Shown: one piece after another, positions 42,140 to 54,775 of the stretch
Layout: the number at the start of each line of letters is the position of its first letter
Position numbering within the stretch: the first letter of the stretch is position 1
Assembly (NCBI RefSeq): GCF_009914755.1
Contig: NC_060931.1
DNA length: 64,000 bases
Strand: one strand, 5' to 3'
Origin: the human T2T-CHM13v2.0 reference genome, Homo sapiens
The notes under the pieces: generated by a model
What the model saw: only the letters and a program-made list of their open reading frames with translations
What the model was told of the DNA's origin: nothing
Databases searched by the model: none
Made by a program: the position numbers and the translations under genes

Positions 42140-44503
42140 CTAACGGGAATCATTACAGTACATACTACTCACAGTTTTAGAGGGTCCTTCTTCCTGGGGA
42201 ACCATTCATCTCCTCAGTCAACAGGTTGTAAGTCTGAAAAGTGGTTTGAGTCCAGGAAAATTGACAAGGGATGGTTACATTTTAGCAGTACAGTGCTTTT
42301 GTGATTTATTCTTGCTTTACTTAGATTCTATATATTAAGCAATACCTTGTTAATAGCCCCTCTGTCTTGCCCCCAGGGGCACCATATTAACTTAATTGTC
42401 TCCATAACTTTCTGAATGTCAGATACCCTAGGCTGCACTCCAACCTTGTAAATAATTATAAAATTGTGACACCTCTGCTTCCCCTCACACCCAGCTTTAT
42501 TTATTAAGCACCACAACAGGATCTCTATCGTTTCACAAACTCATCATCCTCATCATTATTAAATGAGTCACACTCTGTGACAGCCTTTTTTGTAGCCCTG
42601 GAAGTGCAAAGGAGAGGCATCACTGAATTTCTTAGTAATATTAGTGTCCTTTTTACCGTTGCATTGTTGGTGGTCTTGGTGAATTGTGTGTCTGTCTTTT
42701 TCAGAAATGTCATCTTTTGGTGGAGCATCTGGCTTTACATAGAATATATCCACTCTTCTCGCTCACCTTCCTGAGCCTTTTAATCCATTTCTCCATTTCT
42801 GCCAAGGCATCTGACATTTCAGCTTGGTTCAACAAAACCATCATTTTCTTCAGGCTTTTAGTACCACTCTAGGAGGAAATTTGCTGGGGCGCTTGCTATG
42901 ATATTAAATTGCGTATCCCAAGGAGGTCCAAATTCAATAAATCCTCCTTTATCTAATCTTTTTATATATCCTCTTTATCAAACTTTCTCAAAATCTAGTT
43001 TCACTGATACTCCTCCAGCTCCTGCCACTACTTGCCAGCTAATTATAGCTCTTCTGACAGAGTCCCCTACCTCTGTAGGGGTATGTAGCAGGCTCTCGGC
43101 TAAGATATGCTGCTACTTACTTCTAGCCACTGGCTTTGAAGACAGGACAGATAGTGAGGGCAGATCCCTCACCATCTAACAAGGTTAGCCCTGTTACTTT
43201 GCTTGAGAGAGGCTTCTGCAGTGTCTTCCCACACAGGGAAATCACAACTCTTAGTGGGGAAGGATGGGCCACCTATACAGTCTCTGATGATTCCGAGACA
43301 TCTGGGAAGTTGATAGCTTTGGGTTCATTTACCCAGATCCCATGTGTGAGAGACCTAGGTTTTCTCAATCACAGCCATAGCTTTGGCATAATAGACCTGC
43401 TTTAGCTGAATATTCAAATGTCATTCAAGCTTGGCCATTCTATTAAATTCTGAGTTTGTCTTTAGCTTTTTATTTTCTGTCCCTGCAGAATATTAGGGGT
43501 CCTGGCTTTTACACTTAGTTTTCAAGTATTCACAGTTTTTAGCTTTTCAGTATCTTTCTGCAGGTTAGCAATGAAATTTAATAACAAATTCCATTTTTTA
43601 CCTTGTATGCATTGTTTTCTCTGCATTTTTAATAACCTGAGTCATTGCACCAGTGACATGGCGAAATGTTAGCAGTTGGACTGCAAGCTTGAGCTGGGGA
43701 CTATCCATAACTCACAGTTCACTCGATATGTGGTTCTCATTCCCAGTTAGGCACTAAGTGATCCAATTCAAAAACCTCAGTTCTAGTATCATTGCATCCT
43801 CCTGGAAACAGATACTGACTGAAATTAGGACTACAAAAGTTATATTGGGCAAACACACCTGGGAAAGGGAATAAGAAGAAGCAGGAGTGGGCAAGGACAG
43901 CCATCAAACCATGAACGAGTTAAAGCTGTAAGGCTACCTATAGTGCTTGCAGCTGGGTAATGAGTCTAATGCTTGAAGGAAGAAAGATCTTAGTGGTGAA
44001 TCTCTATATCTGCCATAAATAGCTAACTAACCAACTAAAGAATGAATGAATTAACGAATGAATATTTCAGCAGCAATGATTTTACTAGCAAAGGAACATG
44101 TCCTGGGTAATTCCATGACATACCAATAACCAAAGATAAAATTAGATTTATCCTATAGGTCATGACATTACGACTTCGTGCAATGAAGAGAAGCAGATCT
44201 CCTGATGTTAATTAGAGAAGCATGGGTTATATGGCAAATTAGAAGCCATTTTCAGAGTGATCCTTAAGAACAGGCACACCATTGGTCTTGTTGTATACAC
44301 ATTATTTATATGTAATTCAATATCATAAGTGCTGTTTTTCAATGTTACAGTTCATTGAAAGTACCACATTTTGCACAATTGCCATTGTTTTTGTGGGGAG
44401 CACTTTTTGTGTCATATATATATAAACCAGACTTACAACTCCTCATGGAGACACAGGACACAGCAATTGGGGAAATGAGTAAGAAAGTTAATAAACTCAT
44501 CTA

Positions 44504-44972
<469 letters not shown>

Positions 44973-45398
44973 TTAGAGAGTAACTCCAGAAACAGAGAGT
45001 GTCACAGACTGAGAGCTTACCATGTAGAAAAAAAAAGTCATTTGAGAATATCATTGTCTATTTAGAGAAAGGGAGTTATAAATTGAAATCCAGTGTTATG
45101 TTTGCTAAGACAGGTCACCTGGGAAGGAGGAAGATCATGCAATTAACAAAAGCAGAGACAAGTGTGTTTTCTGCACGTTTTTCCGTTTATTTTCCCAAGT
45201 TGGTGGATTTGAGGCAAAATCAACGGGAAGACTGGGATATAATGTTTCTAATCAGACAATCAGAGTGCTCTTTTTATAATCAGCCACAGAGAAGTATGAG
45301 CATCTCTGTTTCTCTATGGGCGGATTTTAGGGTAATATCAGAGAAGGCAAAATAATTTGAACAGAAATTTGGAGCTAGATATTTCATAGAATGCTCAC

Positions 45399-45516
45399 AT
45401 TAGCATATATGTTCAGCCTGATATTGCAAACATTTGAAACCTATTTTCAGCTCCAATGTTGTTAGTATCGTGCTCTACAAGCAATTTTCTTATTACAGTT
45501 TGGCTTTTCTCAGAAA
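45399..45516 (-). pseudogene. Pseudo-exon, second TPR-like segment
   Basis: Acceptor tctgtaaatag and donor AT|gtgagc. FLRKAKL** / IRKLLVEH / ILTTLELK across frameshifts resembles the LxxAxxIRxxLLGxxHPxT TPR pattern. Confidence 0.4.
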
Positions 45517-45651
45517 CTATTTACAGACATAAAGAAGGCATAAAGTTGTTTAGTCCCTGAATAACAGCCTTCATAGTTATCAATGTAAGCCAATAAATTA
45601 GTATTTTTGTTATAGTCACTGATGTCTGTAAACTTAGCTAATTGATTCTAC

Positions 45652-45836
45652 CTGTGAGAGACATCCTGCCATTTGATGTGCTCAATGTCAGATTTCTTAA
45701 TCTATCTGGATCAAAGCCAGTGTATGAAACACACTGATTTCTCCAAGATAAATTCCTATTTGTAGGGTCTGAGGAGCATGCCATCCTAGATTCCTTACTC
45801 CTTACATTGTGAGACATCTTTGAAATTTTCACATAA
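45652..45836 (-). pseudogene. Pseudo-exon, KLC/NPHP3-type TPR
   Basis: Acceptor ttatattaatag and donor CAG|gtagaa. One frame reads KFQRCLTM*GVRNLGWHAPQTLQIGIYLGEI, compare recalled TTC41 KFQECLNIRKSLFGKKNVLVGEVMEFLADL. Confidence 0.55.
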
Positions 45837-46080
45837 CTATTAATATAAATAATTACTAGAACTTTCTAGGACATAAATTCTTTAAGTTCAGAGGACTTGA
45901 CTTTATTCACTGACATATCCCAAATACTGAGAACAGTGCCATGCATAGAGTAAGCATTCAATAAATTTGTAAATGCTCACTCTCATTAAATGAAATTGTT
46001 GCTATATATAATTTTAGCATACATAGAGACAAACATATTACTATAGATAATTTAGGACTATGGGTTTATTTTCTTTGTAC

Positions 46081-46172
46081 CCTTGAATGAGTCCCGGGGA
46101 TCCCAAACGATAAAGCAAAACACCACTCTCTACTCTGGAATTTATTATGATATGCAACGTAGATTGGCAGCT
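46081..46172 (-). pseudogene. Pseudo-exon, TPR helix
   Basis: Acceptor ttattttaag and donor GG|gtacaa. Open frame SCQSTLHIIINSRVESGVLLYRLGSPGLIQ, compare recalled TTC41 EGVLMFVAG. Confidence 0.4.
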
Positions 46173-46394
46173 CTTAAAATAACAGTTAACATTCCAACTT
46201 GGTGAGTTTACTATAAACTGTTTATTTTATTCACTTATATTTTCATCCATATTACATTTTATCGAGGATGGTGAAATATTTCCATGTTAGATGCATTATT
46301 TCCTCTTTGGAGGAATTTTCCAGGTGTTGAGGGCTTTCATGGGTGAGATCGTAATTTTCAGTATAATGGAAAAGTTAATACAATCAATTCTTAC

Positions 46395-46538
46395 CTTATG
46401 AGTGAGTACAGAAAAAGGTTTAGCTCTTATGAAAGCTGAAACAACTGGCTTAAAATTTTCTAATTCTCTTGTGGTTATAAAATGCTTCCGAATTCTAGCA
46501 TGTGATATAATTTCAAGTATTCCACTATATCAACTTTA
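46395..46538 (-). pseudogene. Pseudo-exon with strong splice sites (144 bp)
   Basis: Acceptor t11-gtattag and donor AAG|gtaaga. Length is a multiple of 3. Long open stretch SGILEIISHARIRKHFITTRELENFKPVVSAFIRAKPFSVLTHK, with no specific family match recognised. Confidence 0.5.
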
Positions 46539-48139
46539 CTAATACAAAAAAAAAAAGTTTACATTAGTCACATTGTAAATGGTTTCTTAGACTTCTTTAA
46601 GCTTGTCATTTTTCTAAATATTTAAAGAAGACTGAACCACCTTTCAAAGTGAAGTACTCTCAAATAAGTAAATGAGAGTAAAAAAAATTAGTGGAGGGGG
46701 CTAAAATTTGAGTGTGGTTGAGAATCGTCACAGTGATTGTTTCTTGTTGTTCAGCATGATTCTCCCCTGTGCACCTTCTGACAAAAAGCCCTGACCCTGG
46801 GTACAGTAGTGATCACAGAATCCAGGGATAGCCAACAATAATGCCCAAGCCTGTGACCCAGCAGGGTCAATCAATGCCCTTCCCTGGAATTTGCCTCTGG
46901 GGGTCGGGGAAGGAAAGAGGAGTATATTTCTGTTCTAGATGTTAATCTTTGTAAACAAGGAACTTGGAACAGCCATTATTACAAGCCACAAAGTAGATGA
47001 ATGTCAATGATGGGGAGCAATACAGAAAATGAAATGGAACTGCGTGACAGAGAAGATCAAGAGGAGAGCAGATTGCAAGGGATCTACTTTGCAAGGGCAC
47101 TTTGTTGTCATCTGGGGTGTCTGGGAGGCCTTCCACTAGGAAGGGAAATTCAGGTCTTCACTCTTGATCTCACCCTTCCTGCTGCAGTTTCCTTCACTTT
47201 GCCTAGTCAACTGCTACTCATTCACAGGTCAGCTAATCATCCTTTCTCCCTGGAAAGTTTCTTTGTCCTCTATAGTTAGATGAAATCTCTTTATTACACT
47301 GTTAGGATATGTTTTCATACCACCACATGCTTTTCTTTTGGAACACTTTCTCAGAATTGCAAGTTAATTTGTGCAATAATTTGCTGCTTTTTGTTTGTTT
47401 GTTTGTTTTTTTGGTCCTTGGACTATAGTATTGTTGAGGGCCAGGGCGCATGTCTGAAGTTACTCCCCAGTATTATCATAGTTATCTGGCACATTGTACT
47501 TGATAAATATGTTTCCTGAATGAATAAAGAATAAAATATAAATGTGAAACTAATCTGGTTGTGAAGTAAAAGACCACGTATTTTCTAAGCAGAGGAAATA
47601 GTGTACATGTAAAGACTCCAAACACATTAGAGTCTTATCTCAATGAAGAAGCTGTTTAAAAGAAAACCACAATGAGTGGAAGAGAGATAATGAAAAGGGT
47701 GGAAACACTGGGCAAACTTTGAAGAGTTTTAAGCAGAAAAATGACATAATTTATTTGTCCCATTATTAGGATCTCTCTGACTACTGTATGGAAAATGATT
47801 GGAATTATGTTGGGTGGATGTAAGTAGAACAGATAGGAGGCTGTATATGGATCCAGCAAGAAAATAACTGGAGTTAAAGTGGGATAGTGACAATGGAGAT
47901 AGAGAACCAAGAATATTAAAGGGTGTTTGAATGAGAACATATAACATTTATATTTAACAAGTAGGGCAGTCCAATATTTTTATTATAACTGGCTAGTGCT
48001 CTCTTTTAGCAAACAATGTCAATTTTCCATTTACGTGAAAACTACTCGATACATGCTTCTAAGCTTAGGTTATTTAGTGCCAAGAAAACAGAAATGAGGA
48101 GTAGTAGCAATAAATGAGTGGAAAGTCAATTATTTGCTA

Positions 48140-48564
48140 TTTAAATTCTTCAGGTATTCAATTTTATGGAGGTTATGCAACCAGCTAAGAAAGCAGCCAA
48201 TTCATAAAAATGCATAAATGCACTTCATAATGTTCAGGATATGCTCACTTATATTTGGCTGTATTCATAGTAAATTCCAAAGCTTAAATCAATAGGTACA
48301 CAAATTAGACATACTATACTGAAAGTTTTGTTTTATAAAATATGAGATGCTTAATTCTATTAGCCATGAAAAAATGTTTAGTGTGAAGCTCATGTTAATA
48401 AAAGCTCCCAATAACCAGGGAAAGTCATTAATGTTTTTAAAGAATATAGACAGTTTCACTCTATCTTTTGTTATTCTATTGACCATTAGTCAACAGTTGA
48501 GAATCAGGAATTTTATCATGATTCTAAAATTAATTTGTGCAGCAGTCATATTTTTAGATAACAA
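48140..48564 (-). pseudogene. Pseudo-exon, post-NTPase helical region (3' boundary approximate)
   Basis: Acceptor ttattatacag. Frames give INFRIMIKFL, LSIFFKNINDF, RIKHLIFYKTKLSV*YV*FVYLL (HLIFYKTKLS at 48349-48320) and FYELAAFLAG (48209-48180), resembling recalled TTC41 RLHLIHYWNVLSEAGYDAAEAYLL and IFFIGRFL. Confidence 0.5.
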
Positions 48565-48686
48565 CTGTATAATAATGAAATACATAGGTCAAGATGGATG
48601 ATGGAATACTTGGAATTTTCTATGATCTTTTTGAGAAAACCTATTGAAATGTCAAAAATAAATCCTAATAAAACATCTGTGTTAGT

Positions 48687-49060
48687 GTTAACAGCAGTGA
48701 ACCCACACAGGTTTGCAGCAACTTAATTCTTGCCTCCTCAAAGGAAATAAGTTGTCTGAGGGGCATAAGGCAGAGTGAGAGACCGAAGCAAGTTTTTGAG
48801 CAGAACTGAACGTTTATGAAAAAGTTTTAGAGCAAGAATGAAATGAAGTAAAGCACAGTTGGAAGAGAGCCAATCGGGCAACTTGAGAGATCCAAGTGTG
48901 CTGTTCAGCCCTTTAGTTGGGGTTTTATATATTGGCGTGGTTCCAGAGATTTGTGTCTCTCCTCCCGGCATGGTTCTGGAGATTTGTGTCTCTCCTCCCT
49001 GGATGTTTCCTTGGGTGAGCTGTTCGCATGTGCAGTGGTCTGCCAGCACTTGGGAGGGGC
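48687..49060 (-). mobile_element. MER50-like ERV1 LTR (truncated) with a 33-bp tandem duplication at 48934-48999
   Basis: gcagcaacttaattcttgcctcctc...tgaggggcataaggcagagtgagagaccgaagcaagttt. Confidence 0.8.
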
Positions 49061-49089
49061 TTTAAGTACACTAATTTTTGACTGTTAGC

Positions 49090-50325
49090 ATCTGCCTGTA
49101 TCCCTGAAATAAACCCAACTTGGTTTTGATGTATTATGCCTTTTTTATGTTTTGGATTTTGTTGGCAAGGATCTTAATATCTATGTTCATGAGAAGATCC
49201 ACCTGCAACTTTTCTTTCTTTCACAGCCTTTGTCAGTTTTGATATCAATATTATGCTGGCCTCATAAAATATGTTTGAGTACTCTTTTTTTTTTCTATCA
49301 CATGGAATATCTTGTGTAAATTTGGTACTTCTTGACTTACCAATGAAGTCCTCTAGTCTGCTGTTTTCTTTGTAGAGAGGCAGGCATCTGTTTGTTTAAT
49401 ATAACAACTTTATTGAGGCATAACTCACACACCATACAATTCACACATTTAAAGTACTCAATTCAATGTTTTCAGTATCCTTCTAGAGTGATATAATTAT
49501 CACTACAGTCAATTTCAGAACATATTCATCATTCTACAAAGAAACCCCATATCCATTAGCGGTCACTCCCCATTTATCCTCAACTCCTCCAAACTTAAAC
49601 AACCATGAATCTACTTTCCAAATGTGTGGACTTCCCTATTCTAGACATTTCGTCTAATTTAAATCATACAAATTATGATCTTTTGTGACTGGAATCTTAT
49701 CATTTTAATGTCTTCAAGGTTTATCTATGTCATGGCATGTATCACTAATTATTTTCTTTATTACCCAATAATATCACATTGTATGGATATACCAAATTGT
49801 ATTTAACTATTAATATATATATCAGCTGGTAGATAGCTGGATTGTTTCAATTTTTTGGTTAATATGAATAATGCTGCTATTAACAATCATGTATAAGTTC
49901 TTGTTTGCATATATTTTCCCCTTGCTTTTGGGTATATACCTAGGAGTAAAACTGCTTGGTTTTATGCTAACTAAGCATACCCTTTTGAGTAACTGTCAAA
50001 GTGTTTTCCAAAGTGGCTGCACTGTCTGACATCCTCACAGCAATTTATGAGTGTTCTGACTTCTCCACATCCTCTCCAAAACTTAGTACTTTTTCTTCTT
50101 GATTATAGTCACCCGAGAGTGTGTGAATTGATATCTCCTTGTGATTCTGATTGGCATTGGTGTGATTAATCAAATGTTGAACATGTCCTTATTGGCTCTT
50201 TTTGGAGTAATGTCTATTCAAACCCTTTGTTCATTTTTAAACTTGGTTATTTGTCTTTTTCTTGTTTCTTTATTCACTCTGGATACAAATCCCCTATCAA
50301 ATATATGATTTTCAAATATTTATGA
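49090..50325 (-). mobile_element. L1M / L1MB fragments
   Basis: aactttattgaggcataactcacacaccatacaattcacacatttaaagt...gggtatatacctaggagt...ccaaagtggctgcac. Confidence 0.85.
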
Positions 50326-50426
50326 TAAATGGATCCATGATTCAAGAAGAGGAAGTAGACATGCATGTTAATGTACCTAAGAACAGAGTTTCAAAATATA
50401 TTCAGCAAAAATGGACAGAACATATA

Positions 50427-51990
50427 TGTGGTGCAGGACCCAGATATAAGACCCAAAAAACTATTCATATGTGCCGTCATAACATTTTGGTAAAATAAAG
50501 ACTTGCATGGCTTAACTGCAAGTTCCCCTTTCTATAAGTTTCCTAGTCTAGGGGACCAGGCAGAATTCCTGCTTATCTCTGAATAGGGGATTTCATTTCC
50601 CTGCCAGCCCACGGAATTATTCAAACAGGTCAATCACATCCTTTAGTGGAAACAAGGGGTCATCTCACCTTCTTGATACTACAAAGCCTGCCTCCCACAG
50701 ACCCTGCCTGTTCACTCCATTCCCAAGTGTAAACCCTGTGTGGCAAGCAGGTCCTCCTCCCACAGGCTGTGAGTATACGTGACTAACAAAGTGCTGTAGA
50801 TCGCATCTGTCCAGTGTCAGGTGGCATGTGTTTGGCCATCTGCTTAACCCTAGGGTGAAATCCATCCCGCACCAATGGGAAGAATTTGAGGCAATTAAAA
50901 CAATTGGCATAATGAACAGGATGGCCCAACCATAACCTAGGACACCTGGTCAGCTTTAATTAACTGTTCTTTGCTAACTAACTTGTTCTGTGATACGGTG
51001 AAGCCTTTAGAGACAGAATCGCCAATTACTGGTCGGTTTATGCTTTTGTCTGTGCAGTTTGTTACCTTTTTTGAGTTTTTCCATCAATTCCCACCCTAAA
51101 ACACTCTTCTCCCTAAGACCAGAATTGTTATTAATTGACTATACCTTAACATAGCCTAATGTCAGACTGAGCACATGTTTGGCAAGTCAGAAAGGCAGTG
51201 ATAACACAGGGCCTTGACTAACCTGTGCTTGAGTCCCACTAAACAGAGGACAGACTGGAGCTCTTTGCTCACTGCATCTGTCCTGGTGATGGTCAGTGGC
51301 AGTTTGGGACAGCCATATCAATTGGCATTACAAACAGAATGGCCCAACAGAATGGGATGGTGGATAGGTGGGGATAGGACCAGTAATGGACCTTTGTGAG
51401 GCTTGTGTGAATGAAGGTGACCACCACTCCAGAGAGAATTAAGTGTGGCACTTCATTGCCTAATGTGAGCCATTGATGTTCAGGCAAGGGTAGCGGCTTT
51501 GCTCATCTTCGGTGCTTCTGCTTCTTTTGCTGTTGTCCTGTGTTGTTCCCTGACCTCCCAGGGTAATGAGGTGCCCAACCATGGAAACCTGTGGCGCAGA
51601 CACTGATGAGAAAAGGGGAAGGAGAATGCACAACCCCTAGCCAGTGTGTCTAGGCTTTGCTTAGTAGTGCTGCTTACCAGCAGACCAAAGGAATAATCTT
51701 GCAGTCACAAGCTCGATGGCTGCCACCCCCAGCAAGACAAAATGAAATTATGACTGTGAAGCTCTTACCTGGGAAGATTGACTGGCACTCCCTGGAGAAG
51801 GAGGGAGGCACTCATGAGGGCAACTGTTGGGCTCCTGGGTTTTTCCCTGTAACCACCCACAATGCACTTTGCACCCTGAATAATCAGACAGAAATAGAAA
51901 CTAAAAGTCATGATTTATGTGATTAGAAATTCAAAATACTCTGAAGGAATGTGTACAGAGAGAAAAGAGAGGAAGAAAAGGAAGCCTGCA
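50427..51990 (+). mobile_element. ERVL LTR (MER54/MER74-like, 50427-50902) plus internal leader/gag remnant
   Basis: TG...CA-bounded LTR with tactacaaagcctgcctcccacag, followed by PBS-like tggcataatgaacaggat. Confidence 0.65.
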
Positions 51991-52524
51991 CTGCAGAAAA
52001 GGCGAGGCCATAGCAGAAGATGGTTACAGTGCATCAATATCTGGTTTATGAGCCCAGCACTCTAACTGTGCCACTCTGCTGCCTTTGTCTCTCTTGCAAC
52101 AAACATCCTGATTCTCTGGGTATTAGGGAAAACACCCCAGACACCACTGAGGCACAATAAGAGTTCATTTTAGTTTGACTTAAGCTCGAGGTCCTTCATC
52201 CCTATAAAGCAACTACTGCCACCAAAGAAGTCTCTAACCACAATGATACTGATTTGAGGCTCTCTGGAGGAATACATTTATCAGTATGAGTGGAGTAGAG
52301 AGGAACCCTGCACCCCACACACACTCGTGTAAATACAGTGACAAACATGGACAACAAAAAGAGAAAGGAAGGAATGAAAGACGAGGGGAAAGGAGGAAGA
52401 AACCTCGATAAAGAAGGAGAAAACAAAAAAACTAGAAAAAATAGGTGCACACATTGACCCAACTGGAAATCCAAACTTTACTAAAATAATTTGTACAACA
52501 AAAATATAAAAGGGAGTTGATTAG

Positions 52525-53488
52525 CTTTTGCACCTCTACAACATAGGTTCCAAATTAACTTTACCATCTACTAAAATGCACTAATAGCATTTTGCACAAA
52601 CCTTCACAGCTTTAATTAATACTAGGATTCAAATTATAGTTATAATTGGAGATTCCACTAAAGTTAAACATGACAACTCCTATAATTTTAAGAAAAAACG
52701 CTGAATATAAAATAGAGAATAAATAGGTATGCCATGATGTCCTAACTGCAAATTCTCCTCTGACCCCTCCTCCCAAAGATAAGGTCCACAGCCAAGCCAC
52801 CCTTCTTTTCAGAGGAACTAGGCACAGTTCCTGTTTAGGCTTGGGTTCTCTCTTTCTCTCTCAGAGACTGCACATAAATTATGTATACAATTCCATGACT
52901 TGGACATATGCACACACCTGTGAAACTGTCACCAAAATTAAGGAAATAGACATATACATCACCTCCAAATGTTTCTTTTTGCCTTTTTTTAAAACAAGAA
53001 CACTTGACATGAAATCTACTCTCTTAATAAATTAAGTGTGCAATAAAGTATTGTTAGACATAGGCACGATGTTGTACAACAGATCTCTAGAACTTACTCA
53101 TCTAGCATAACAGAAACTTTTATTTATTGGCTAACTCCCCATTTCCTCCTACCCACTGTCCTTGGCATTCACCATTTGATGCTTCTGAGTTTGACTATTG
53201 TAGATACCTCGTATAAATGGAATCGTGTTGTCATGTGTCTGTCTTATTTCATTTAGCATAATGTTTTCCAGCTTCATCCATGTTGTCACCAATGACAGGA
53301 TTTGCTTCTCTGTTAAGGCTAAATAATATCTTATTGTATGAACTCATCTCTGACTAGCAGGTTTTAGTTACCTGCTACCCACTCAATTCAAACAAATTAA
53401 TCACATCTTCTGCCTGGGAGGAGAGGTCACTCTGTTGTCGTGATTCTATAGAGCCTACCTCTCACAGCCTACAGTTGTTCATACTCTT
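52525..53488 (-). pseudogene. NTPase-domain pseudo-exon (Walker A-like to Walker B), split by an L1 insertion
   Basis: Acceptor ttttattgactctacag ends at 53489. 53386-53360 reads ttg agt ggg tag cag gta act aaa acc (LSG*QVTKT). 52750-52703 reads CS*DIMAYLFILYFIF. CILVDG ends at ~52563. Then GTYVVEVQK followed by ctaatc, a possibly mutated donor. Confidence 0.6.
52867..53340 (-). mobile_element. L1MB1/2-like 3' fragment
   Basis: agaacacttgacatgaaatctactctcttaa...taggcacgatgttgtacaacagatctctagaacttactcatct. Confidence 0.8.
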
Positions 53489-53519
53489 CTGTAGAGTCAA
53501 TAAAATTATAAAAAAATTT

Positions 53520-54775
53520 TCCAACAGGATTTTGTGGGCAAATTAATAATTTATTATTAAAATTATATGGAAAGACAAAGGAACTCTAATAGTTGAAATA
53601 ATTTTTAAAATGAAAACTAAGTTGGAGAATTCTTGCTGCCATATTTTCAGATTTAACATGAACCAATAATAGTACTCAACATCAGGTGGTCTTTGAAAAG
53701 GATGTACGTATACATAGAGAGAGAGATGCATGGAACAGAGGAGTGAGTCCAGAAACACGTTCACACGAATATATGCTCAATTGATTTTCATCATTATACA
53801 TTACATATCTATATATATTTATATAGATATGTAGAAAGAGAGAATAATTTGTACTTTATCAAATAAACTTTTTCTCTGTGAAAATTACTGCTAAGATATT
53901 GAAAACTCAATGCAAAAAATTAGAGTAAATATTTTCAAATCATATGCCTGATAAAGGACTTGTGTGCAGAATATACAAACAACTCTCGAACACTCCTAAG
54001 AAAGTAATGAAAAAGTAGGCAAAAGAGTTAAACACATCTCACCAAGGAAGACATCATATATATGACAAGAATATAAAAATGCTCAATCTCTTAGTCACTT
54101 GGCAAGTGAAAACCACATGTATATAACATATACCTACTAGAATAGCTTCTTTAAAAAGGAAAAAACCTCAAGTGCTGGCAAGAATGCAAAACTGGACAAT
54201 TCATACATTGGTAGAAGAAATGCAAAATACCCAGTTTAGAAAACAATCTGGTAATGTCTAATTAACATTTATTTATGTTATGATCCAGCCTACTTGGCAT
54301 TACCTTCATAAACATATATTTATAGTACCTATATTTCTAATCCCCTCAAACTGGAAACTTGCCAAATATTTTTTAAGTGATGAAGCGTTAAATTAACTGT
54401 GGTACACCTGTAAAATGGAGTACTGCTCATAATAAGAACAAAGCGCTAACACATGCAACAAATGGATAAACTCACGTAAAAGAAGTCAGACTCAAATGCT
54501 ACATGCTGTTTGATTCCATTTACATGATGTTCTTACAGTAGCAATACTGTGGGAACATGGAACCCATGTATGGATGCCAGAGACCACGAGCTGGAGAGAC
54601 AATTTTGAAGGAGATGGGCTTATTTTTAGAATATAAACGAACTGTTCCATATCTTGGTTGTGGTAGTGGATACGCAACTGTACACGTTTCTCAGCATCCA
54701 CAGAACTATACACAGAAAGCGTGAAAGGTTTTGTGTGTAAATTCCATGTTAATATAAAATATATATTAAAAAACA
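53520..54775 (+). mobile_element. Old L1M ORF2/3'UTR remnant
   Basis: aaaattatatggaaagacaaaggaactctaatag, cctgataaaggacttgtgtgcagaata, gattccatttacatga. Confidence 0.85.

Larger units (their letters stand above)
40880..44017 (-). mobile_element. Degenerate ERVL-class provirus: 5' LTR ~43790-44017, gag ~42150-43780, pol remnant ~40880-41500
   Basis: TDTQFTKTTNNATVKRTLILLRNSVMPLLC resembles ERVL gag EDTPFTNALRNRFVRAAPASLKSPVIALLC. LLEQIN...GMWYIATDIVNELFSIPI resembles ERVL RT LLEQIN...GTWYAAIDLANAFFSIPV. Confidence 0.8.

Noticed and set aside
44124-44262. AG/GT-bounded minus-strand segment between the TPR cluster and the 3' exons (similarly 54833-54898)
   Set aside because: Correct strand and position but no interpretable peptide; splice-like signals alone are insufficient.
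44999-45355. 118-aa plus-strand ORF
   Set aside because: GTG start, no recognisable domain or splice context; consistent with chance.
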